Shown here: positions 40,505-47,746 of the stretch, piece after piece | Layout: every line of letters starts with the position of its first letter | How positions within the stretch are numbered: position 1 is the first letter of the stretch | Origin: Pseudomonadota bacterium | Lineage (GTDB): Bacteria; Pseudomonadota; Gammaproteobacteria; Burkholderiales; Thiobacillaceae | Direction of reading: 5' to 3' | Assembly (NCBI GenBank): GCA_030836725.1 | Contig: JAUPLV010000001.1 | Coordinates: 1-55,169 of the forward strand | DNA: 55,169 nt | Program-made: the position numbers and the translations under genes | The notes under the pieces: generated by a model | The model's input: the letters and a program-made list of their open reading frames with translations, nothing else | What the model was told of the DNA's origin: nothing | Databases searched by the model: none

Positions 40505-42331
40505 ATGCTTACCCCTCTTGCCCGTTTAAGTGTTCCTTCCCTCCGCCCCGATTGGCCTCGGTTTCTGCCGTTTCTGCGCTGGCGTAACCGCGTCAACAAG
40601 CAAAGCCTGCGCGATGACCTCATCGCCGGCCTGACCGGCGCGCTGGTTGCGCTGCCGCAGGGCGTGGCCTTTGCCACCATCGCCGGCATGCCGCCGGAAT
40701 ACGGCCTCTATGCGGGGATGATCCCGGCCATCATCGCGGCGCTCTTCGGTTCCTCCTGGCATCTGGTGTCGGGGCCGACCACGGCCGCCTCGATCGTGCT
40801 GTTCTCGGTGCTGTCGCCCCATGCCGAGCCAGGCACAGCGCAGTACGTGAGCCTGGCGCTGACGATGACTTTTCTGGTCGGGGTGATCCAACTGGTGATG
40901 GGGCTGGCGCGCATGGGCACGCTGGTCAACTTCATCTCGCACTCGGTGGTGACCGGGTTCACTGCCGGCGCGGCAATCCTCATCGCCACCAACCAGGTGA
41001 AGCATTTCTTCGGGCTGGAGATTGCGCGCGGGGCGTCGTTCAGCGACACCTGGAGCGCCCTGTTCCACCAGATCGACCAGATACAACCGGGCGTGACGGC
41101 GGTGGCCAGCCTGACCCTGGTGCTGGGCATCGCGGTCAAACATTTTTTCCCGAAATGGCCCTACATGATCGTGGCCATGCTGGGCGGCTCGGCTGCGGCG
41201 GCCGCACTGAGCGTTTGGCAAGGCGTGCAGATGTCGACGGTGGGCGCGTTGCCGGCGAGCCTGCCGCCGCTGTCGGCGCCTGCGCTGGATGGCGAAAGCA
41301 TCCGAGCGGTCGCGTCCGGGGTGGTGGCGGTGACGCTGCTGGCGCTGACCGAAGCCGTGTCGATCGCGCGTGCGCTGGCCGCGCGCTCCGGCCAGCATAT
41401 CGACGGCAACCAGGAATTCATCGGCCAAGGCATGTCGAACCTCGCCGGCGCGTTCTTCTCGGGCTACGTCGCCACCGGCTCCTTCAACCGCAGCGGCGTG
41501 AACTATGCGGCCGGCGCCAAGACCCCGCTGGCGGCGATGATGGCGGGCGTGTTCCTGCTGCTGGTGGTATTGCTGGTGGCGCCCTGGGCGCGCTTCCTGC
41601 CCAACGCCGCCATGGCCGGCATCCTGTTTCTGGTGGCGTGGGGGCTGATCGACTTCAAGGAGATCGCCCATACGGTGAAGACCAACCGCTCCGAGCTTGC
41701 CATCATGGCCGCCACCTTCGCCGCCACGCTGTTCCTGACGCTGGAAGAGGCCATCATCATCGGCGTGCTGATGTCGCTTTCGCTGTATCTGGCTCGCACC
41801 TCCAAGCCGCAGGTACGGGAGCGCGCGCCCAACCCACACAGCATGAAGCGCAAGTTCACCGACGCCGATCACGCGCCGCAGTGTCCGCAACTGCGCTTCG
41901 TTCGCATCGACGGCTCGCTGTTCTTCGGCGCCACCGCGCATGTGCGCGAGAAACTGGCGGCACTGGACATTGCACGGCCTGAGCAGAAACACGTGGCGAT
42001 CATCGCGCACGGCATCAACTTCATCGACATGGCCGGCGCCGAGGCGCTCGCCGACGAAGCGCGGCGGCGGCGCGCGGCGGGCGGCGGACTCTACCTCATC
42101 GGCATCAAGGACACGGTGCAGGAACAGCTGGCCGAAAGCGGCGCCCTTAAAGCGATCGGCGGCGCCAACCTGTTCGATTCCAAGACCGAGGCCATCGCCG
42201 AGATCTATCGCCGCCTGGACCGCGATATCTGTCGAACCTGCAACGCGCGCATTTTCCGCGAATGCGCACCCGCGCGTACCGAGACAGCCGCTTTGCCTCA
42301 GCCCCTTATCCACGCAGGAGCCCATTCATGA
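40505..42331 (+). CDS. SulP/SLC26 anion transporter with STAS domain and Cys-rich tail
   Basis: DLIAGLT...PQGVAFA, YGLYAG, FGSS.HLVSGP, NQEFIGQG.SN, GSFNRS, STAS (DGSLFFG, INFIDMAG). Confidence 0.93.
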   Translation: MLTPLARLSVPSLRPDWPRFLPFLRWRNRVNKQSLRDDLIAGLTGALVALPQGVAFATIAGMPPEYGLYAGMIPAIIAALFGSSWHLVSGPTTAASIVLFSVLSPHAEPGTAQYVSLALTMTFLVGVIQLVMGLARMGTLVNFISHSVVTGFTAGAAILIATNQVKHFFGLEIARGASFSDTWSALFHQIDQIQPGVTAVASLTLVLGIAVKHFFPKWPYMIVAMLGGSAAAAALSVWQGVQMSTVGALPASLPPLSAPALDGESIRAVASGVVAVTLLALTEAVSIARALAARSGQHIDGNQEFIGQGMSNLAGAFFSGYVATGSFNRSGVNYAAGAKTPLAAMMAGVFLLLVVLLVAPWARFLPNAAMAGILFLVAWGLIDFKEIAHTVKTNRSELAIMAATFAATLFLTLEEAIIIGVLMSLSLYLARTSKPQVRERAPNPHSMKRKFTDADHAPQCPQLRFVRIDGSLFFGATAHVREKLAALDIARPEQKHVAIIAHGINFIDMAGAEALADEARRRRAAGGGLYLIGIKDTVQEQLAESGALKAIGGANLFDSKTEAIAEIYRRLDRDICRTCNARIFRECAPARTETAALPQPLIHAGAHS

Positions 42332-42792
42332 AAACCCGTCAGCGCATTTTGATCCCCTTCACCCACGGCTATAGCGGTTCGGCCTTGCTTCGCCGAGCCA
42401 GCGACATCGTCGCATCGGGAGATGTCGAACTGCTGTTGGCGAGCGTGCTGGACACCCGGTCCGGTTTCGACATTGACGGCCCTGCCGGAAACCTTCCGGG
42501 CGAGCGCGCTGCGCGGCTCGCGCCGGCCGAGCAGAAAAGGCTTGAGCACGATTTGATTCGCCACGGCCTCGACCGGGCACAGGCCACCGTGATCTGGGGA
42601 GAACCGCGCTCCGCCCTCGCCACCCTGATCGGCAGTTGGCGCCCTGATCTGGTCGTCTGCGACAGCTGGACACGCCGCATGCTGCCCGCCCGTACAAGCA
42701 AGGAAGGGCCGGAGATAATGAGGATCGGCCGCAATGGCGCCTTTACGCGCCTGGCTGAATTTTTCTACCCGCAAGCGCAGGGCCAGGCCTGA
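42328..42792 (+). CDS. Universal stress protein-like protein
   Basis: AGGAG RBS, ATGA overlap with the SulP stop. RILIPF beta strand and GEPRSALATLIGSWRPDLVVC USP-like segment. Confidence 0.7.
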   Translation: MKTRQRILIPFTHGYSGSALLRRASDIVASGDVELLLASVLDTRSGFDIDGPAGNLPGERAARLAPAEQKRLEHDLIRHGLDRAQATVIWGEPRSALATLIGSWRPDLVVCDSWTRRMLPARTSKEGPEIMRIGRNGAFTRLAEFFYPQAQGQA

Positions 42793-42844
42793 CCGGGATA
42801 AGCCATCCCGAGCTTGGCGCCGGCTTCGCCCTCACGCTGACTTT

Positions 42845-42886
42845 GCCGTATCGGGGCACGCCCCGTGCCGTCACGGCCAATTTTTT
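42845..42886 (+). terminator. Possible hairpin/terminator between the USP-like gene and carbonic anhydrase
   Basis: Nested stems GCCGT...GGCACG-CCC-CGTGCC...ACGGC followed by CAA-TTTTTT. Confidence 0.35.
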
Positions 42887-42914
42887 CCGGTGACGCAACA
42901 AGAAGGAAACCTCC

Positions 42915-43475
42915 ATGATTCGCCGTAATCCGCAAGGCGACCTGCCGGTCGTGCACGACACCGCCTTTGTCGATCCCACCGCCATCCTCTGTGGCCACAT
43001 CATTGTTGGCGAGAATGTCTTCATCGGGCCATATGCCGTGATTCGCGCCGACGAGGTCGATGAGAACGGCCACATGGACCCCATCGTCATCGGTGCGCAC
43101 TCGAATATCCAGGACGGCGTGGTGATCCACTCCAAGGCGGGCGGGCGGGTCGAGATCGGCGAGCACACCTCGATCGCCCACCGCTCCATCGTTCACGGGC
43201 CCTGTACGGTGGGCAGCCGCGTGTTCATCGGCTTCAACTCGGTGCTGTTCAACTGCACGGTGGGCGAGGGTTCGGTGGTGCGCCACAACTCGGTGGTCGA
43301 AGGCTGCAACGTACCCGACGGCTTCTACATCCCCTCAACCTGCAACATTCACTCGGACGAAGATCTGGCCCGCATCGATCGCGTCACCCCCGACGTGACC
43401 GGATTCTCCGAAAGCGTGGCGCAAGCCAACCACGAACTGGTCAAGGGCTACAAGCGCATCCGAAACGAATTCTAG
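42915..43475 (+). CDS. Gamma-class carbonic anhydrase (Cam type)
   Basis: Hexapeptide beta-helix, IRADE, NIQDGVVIH, IAHRSIVHG (three His ligands), C-terminal helix with Asn (QANHEL..GY). AAGGA RBS. Confidence 0.9.
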   Translation: MIRRNPQGDLPVVHDTAFVDPTAILCGHIIVGENVFIGPYAVIRADEVDENGHMDPIVIGAHSNIQDGVVIHSKAGGRVEIGEHTSIAHRSIVHGPCTVGSRVFIGFNSVLFNCTVGEGSVVRHNSVVEGCNVPDGFYIPSTCNIHSDEDLARIDRVTPDVTGFSESVAQANHELVKGYKRIRNEF

Positions 43476-43508
43476 AATTGCATCGACCCCGAAGAACAGC
43501 GGATTGTG

Positions 43509-44867
43509 TCAGCCCTTTTCCACCTCATAGCGCTTCAGTTTGCGCCACAGGGACACCCGATCGATGCCGAGAACCTGCGCGGCGAGGGTCTGGTTGCCGC
43601 CTGATTCCTGCAGCACCCAGTTGATGTAGTCCTGTTCCTGTTCCTCCAGGGTGGGGATGCGCCCTGATTTCTTGCGGAAAGTCCGTATGGAAAGATCGCG
43701 CAGATCGTCGGGCAAATGAACCGGGCCGATGCTGGAACCGGTGGTCAGCGCCACGCCGCGTTCGATGATGTTTTCGAGTTCGCGCACGTTGCCTGGAAAG
43801 TCATAGGCGCGCAGCAGGTCGAGCGCATCGGAGGCCAGTTCGGTGACATGCTTGCCCATCGTCGTCGCGTGCTTCGCCAGGAAGTGATGGGCCAGCAGCG
43901 GCACGTCTTCCTTGCGCGCACTCAATGCGGGGATGTGCAGGTTGACGACGTTGAGACGGAAGTAGAGGTCCTGGCGGAAGCCGCCCTGTTTCACCATCTC
44001 CTGCACGTCGCGATTGGTGGCCGCGATGAAGCGCACGTCGATTTTGACCGGCGTGGTGGACCCCAGCGGCTGCACTTCCTTTTCCTGGATCACGCGCAGC
44101 AGCTTGACCTGCATGGCGGGCGACATTTCGGTAATCTCATCCAGAAACAGGGTGCCGCCGCTGGAGGCTTCCAGCAGACCTTTCTTGTCGGCGTGGGCGC
44201 CGGTGAAGGCGCCCTTGGTATGGCCGAACAGTTCGTTGGCCAGCAACTCCTCGTTGAAGGCGCCGCAGTTCACCGCAACGAAGGGGCCGGATTCGCGCCG
44301 GCTTTGATGGTGAAGATAGCGCGCGAACAATTCCTTGCCGGTTCCGGATTCGCCGGTGATCAGGATATTGCAGTCGGTCGGCGCGACCTGCCGCGCCATA
44401 TCGAGCAGGTGCTGCATGCGGCCGTCCTGGGTCAGAATGCGCACCTTGCCCTGGCAGCTTTCCACCCGCTCCCGGAGACTGCGACTTTCACGCCGGTAGC
44501 GGATTTTTTCAAGCGCCTCGGCCACCACCTCGCGCACCCGATCCGGCTGGCAGGGTTTGGCAAGGTAGTGGAACGCGCCCTGCCGCATCGCCTCGACGGC
44601 GGATTCCAGCGTGGCATCGCCGGTGATCAGGATGACTTCGATGTCGGGATGGCTTTCGCGGCAGCGTCTGAGCAGCTGTGCGCCGTCCACCTTGTCCATG
44701 CGCAGCTCGGCGATCACCACGTCGAAGGGCTGTTTCTCAAGCAGGGACTGGGCATTGCCGCCGCTCTGAGTGGCGGTTACCGCATGGCCTGCCTTTTTCA
44801 ACGCCTGTTCCAGGCTCTTCATGGCGACCTTGTCGTCGTCCACGATCAGAAGCTTGCCGCTAGTCAT
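43509..44867 (-). CDS. Sigma-54-dependent NtrC/AtoC-family activator (REC-AAA+-Fis HTH), phospho-site Asp replaced by Glu
   Basis: GGAG RBS, ATG 44867. IVDDD, VVIAELRM, GESGTGKE, GAFTGA, FLDEI, RQDLYFRL, FPGNVREL, LGIDRVSLWRK. Confidence 0.93.
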   Translation of the reverse strand: MTSGKLLIVDDDKVAMKSLEQALKKAGHAVTATQSGGNAQSLLEKQPFDVVIAELRMDKVDGAQLLRRCRESHPDIEVILITGDATLESAVEAMRQGAFHYLAKPCQPDRVREVVAEALEKIRYRRESRSLRERVESCQGKVRILTQDGRMQHLLDMARQVAPTDCNILITGESGTGKELFARYLHHQSRRESGPFVAVNCGAFNEELLANELFGHTKGAFTGAHADKKGLLEASSGGTLFLDEITEMSPAMQVKLLRVIQEKEVQPLGSTTPVKIDVRFIAATNRDVQEMVKQGGFRQDLYFRLNVVNLHIPALSARKEDVPLLAHHFLAKHATTMGKHVTELASDALDLLRAYDFPGNVRELENIIERGVALTTGSSIGPVHLPDDLRDLSIRTFRKKSGRIPTLEEQEQDYINWVLQESGGNQTLAAQVLGIDRVSLWRKLKRYEVEKG

Positions 44868-45030
44868 CTTTTCTCCGGTCATACATGCACACGGCATCGG
44901 AATGCCTGCCATATGTTGCATATTGCAATTTGGCAACCCGATTTGCAACAAGCAGTTAAAAAACAGCTTTTAACCTAGATTTAACAAAGCCCTGTTACCG
45001 ATTCTCGGCGACTCCCCTTCCCTATACGCC

Positions 45031-45059
45031 CCATGGTGTTGCATTCAGCAACACCATGG
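45031..45059. promoter_or_regulatory. Putative upstream activator sequence (enhancer)
   Basis: Perfect CCATGGTGTTGC-ATTCA-GCAACACCATGG. A related TGTTGC-N5-GCAATT site lies at 44914-44930 and a GCAACA half-site at 44945-44950. Confidence 0.7.
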
Positions 45060-45099
45060 ATTCGACCCAAATGCCGCGTCCAGGCGTTTTCTCATTACC

Positions 45100-45112
45100 T
45101 TTCAATAAGTTG
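45100..45112 (+). promoter_or_regulatory. IHF-like binding site
   Basis: TTTCAATAAGTTG, one mismatch to WATCAANNNNTTR, located between the UAS and the -24/-12 element. Confidence 0.55.
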
Positions 45113-45128
45113 CATGGCTTTATTGCGG

Positions 45129-45145
45129 TTGGCACGCTTGCTGCA
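45129..45145 (+). promoter_or_regulatory. Sigma-54 (-24/-12) promoter
   Basis: TTGGCACGCTTGCTGCA: TGGCACG with GG-N10-GC spacing, 33 nt before the next start codon. Confidence 0.85.
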
Positions 45146-45178
45146 TAGAGGGATCGTCCCGATAACAAGCGCCCTGGA

Positions 45179-45574
45179 ATGAACCACTCCGGCAAACAAC
45201 GAACCGTTCTGCTCGCCGTCCGCGAAGGGCATGTGGATCCGCGCCTGCTGACCTCGGCGCTGTCGCTTTGCCGCCGTCTCGAGGCCGACATGGAAATCCA
45301 GATCATCGCCGGCAGCGCGGCGACGCCGCCCGAAATGGAAGACTTCCTGGCTTCGCTGCGCGAGACGGGGCTGCCTTTCACCCTTGAGGCGAAACCCAGC
45401 CTGCGGCGCCGCGATCTGGTCGACTATGCCAACGCCCACGAACACATCGCGGCGGTGGTGATCGACTCCCGCGAGGGCTGGGAGGCGCTGGCGCAGGATC
45501 GGAGCAGCGACCCGTGGAAACATCTGGCCTGCCCCCTGGTGACCGCGGCCGCGCCGGACAAGAAACAGCATTGA
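45179..45574 (+). CDS. Hypothetical protein, possibly a degenerate USP fold
   Basis: First ORF after the sigma-54 promoter. TVLLAV...LLTSALSLCRRLEADMEI and C-terminal LACPLVT resemble USP beta1-alpha1-beta2 and the terminal CPV strand. Confidence 0.65.
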   Translation: MNHSGKQRTVLLAVREGHVDPRLLTSALSLCRRLEADMEIQIIAGSAATPPEMEDFLASLRETGLPFTLEAKPSLRRRDLVDYANAHEHIAAVVIDSREGWEALAQDRSSDPWKHLACPLVTAAAPDKKQH

Positions 45575-45613
45575 ACCCGCGCCATTAAAATCAACCGACA
45601 CAGAAAACTGCTC

Positions 45614-47734
45614 ATGCCTGCCTCACTGACCAAATTCCTGCCCTTCCTGCGCTGGTTTCCCCTGAAGGGAGACGTGCTCAGGGCCGACTTCATGGCCGGC
45701 CTCACCGTGGCCCTGGTGCTGATTCCGCAGTCGATGGCCTATGCGCAGCTGGCCGGACTGCCGGCATACTACGGGCTGTACGCGGCCTTCCTGCCGGTGG
45801 CGGTGGCGGCCCTGTGGGGCAGCTCGAACCAGCTCGGGACCGGGCCGGTGGCGGTGGTGTCGCTGCTGACCGCATCATCGCTGGCGGTATTGGCGGCGCC
45901 CGGATCCGACCAGTTCATCGCGCTGGCCATCATGCTGTCGCTGGTGGTGGGCGTCATTCAACTGCTGCTCGGCGTGTTCAAGCTGGGGGTAATCGTCAAC
46001 TTCCTGTCGCATCCGGTGATCGTCGGTTTCACCAACGCGGCGGCCATCATCATCGGGCTGTCGCAGGTGTCCAAGCTGTTCGGCGTGCCGATGGGGCGCA
46101 GCGAGCATTTCATCAACGACATCGTCGGCGTGTTGAAGCAGCTTGGCGACACCCACCTGCCGACGCTGGCGATGGGCGTGCTGGCCATCGCCATGATGTG
46201 GGCCATCAGGAAATACGCCCCCAAGCTTCCCGGGGTGCTGATCGCGGTGGTGGTGACGACGCTGCTGTCCTGGTCGATCGGCTTCGAACGCAACGCCAAC
46301 GGCTCGCTTGAACAGGTTGCCGACCCGCAGCTGCGCACCGTTGTGCAGCAGAGCATGGTTGCAGCTAAGCAGGTGGATGACCTGAATGCGCGGATCGCCG
46401 GCAAAGCAGCCGCATTGAAGGCCGCCGAGAAAGCTGGTGAAAACAACGTCGGCGCCGTGCAAATGGAGGCCGAACTGGCGCTGTTGCGGATCGAGCTGCG
46501 CGATGCGGAAGCTGCCTTCGCCAAGGAAAAAGCGGCGCTGCGCAACCTGAAGGTAGTGCGCAGCACCGACGCGGAAGGCGCGACTTTGGCGATTTATTCG
46601 GCCGAGCGGGCGCCGCAGGGCGTGACGCTGGACGAGACCCGCTACCACCTGCGCAAGCTCAACGCCGAAGGCTTCAAGCTGGTGGGCGGCGGCGAAGTGG
46701 TGGGCGCCATCCCGGAAGGCCTGCCCAGCATCCAGATGCCCAGCCTCAACCTGGATGCGCTGGGCTCGCTGCTTTCCGCCGCGCTGGTGATTTCGCTGGT
46801 GGGCTTCATGGAAGCCATCTCCATCGCCAAGGCCGTTGCGGCCAGGACCAAGGAGCGCATCGACCCCAACCAGGAACTGATCGGCCAGGGCCTGGCCAAC
46901 GTGGCCGGCAGCCTCTCCCAGGCGTTCCCGGTCTCGGGCTCGTTCTCGCGCACGGCCGTCAACATGAACGCGGGCGCCCGAACCGGCATGAGCTCGGTGA
47001 TCACCGCGCTGATCGTGCTGGTCGCGCTGCTGTTCCTCACCCCGCTGCTGTACCACCTGCCGCAGGCCGTGCTGGCCGCCATCATCATCATGGCGGTGGT
47101 CGGTCTGGTGAACTTCAAGGCGGTGAAACACGCCTGGCAGGCCAGCCGCCACGACGGCGTCGCCGCGGGCGTCACCTTCGTCGCCACGCTGGCCTTCGCC
47201 CCGCACCTGGACAAGGGCATCATGGTCGGCGCGGGTCTGGCGCTCGGCCTGTACCTGTATCGCACCATGTCGCCGCGCGTCGCCATCCTCGGCCGCTACA
47301 AGGACGGCACCCTGCGCGACCTCAAGGTGAACCCCGACCTGCCCACCAGCAAGCACGTGGTGGCGATCCGCTTCGACGGTTCGCTGTACTTCGCCAACGT
47401 CCCCTACTTCGAGGACGCAATGCTGGAAGCCATCTCCAAGAACCCCGAAGCCAAATACGTGCTGGTGGTAGGCGACGGCATCAACGAGCTGGACGCCTCG
47501 GGCGAAGAGGTAATTCATCACCTGGTCGAACGCCTGCACGCCGCCGGGATCACCCTGGTGTTCAGCGGCCTGAAGAAACAGGTGCTGGACGTGATGCGCG
47601 CCACCGGGCTGTTCGAGGCGATCGGACAGGACAAGCTGTTCGCCACCGTGGATCAGGCGATTGCCGCGATCTACGAGCAACTGGGCGAAGAGGCTGCGGA
47701 CGATCTTTTCTGCGCGGTATCACCAGGACGGTAG
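45614..47734 (+). CDS. SulP/SLC26 anion transporter with a large loop insertion and STAS domain
   Basis: DFMAGLTVA...PQSMAYAQLAGLP..YGLYA, GSS.QL.TGP, NQELIGQGLAN, GSFSRTA, STAS (FDGSLYFAN, LDASG). Confidence 0.93.
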   Translation: MPASLTKFLPFLRWFPLKGDVLRADFMAGLTVALVLIPQSMAYAQLAGLPAYYGLYAAFLPVAVAALWGSSNQLGTGPVAVVSLLTASSLAVLAAPGSDQFIALAIMLSLVVGVIQLLLGVFKLGVIVNFLSHPVIVGFTNAAAIIIGLSQVSKLFGVPMGRSEHFINDIVGVLKQLGDTHLPTLAMGVLAIAMMWAIRKYAPKLPGVLIAVVVTTLLSWSIGFERNANGSLEQVADPQLRTVVQQSMVAAKQVDDLNARIAGKAAALKAAEKAGENNVGAVQMEAELALLRIELRDAEAAFAKEKAALRNLKVVRSTDAEGATLAIYSAERAPQGVTLDETRYHLRKLNAEGFKLVGGGEVVGAIPEGLPSIQMPSLNLDALGSLLSAALVISLVGFMEAISIAKAVAARTKERIDPNQELIGQGLANVAGSLSQAFPVSGSFSRTAVNMNAGARTGMSSVITALIVLVALLFLTPLLYHLPQAVLAAIIIMAVVGLVNFKAVKHAWQASRHDGVAAGVTFVATLAFAPHLDKGIMVGAGLALGLYLYRTMSPRVAILGRYKDGTLRDLKVNPDLPTSKHVVAIRFDGSLYFANVPYFEDAMLEAISKNPEAKYVLVVGDGINELDASGEEVIHHLVERLHAAGITLVFSGLKKQVLDVMRATGLFEAIGQDKLFATVDQAIAAIYEQLGEEAADDLFCAVSPGR

Positions 47735-47746
47735 GATTTCTTGAAC

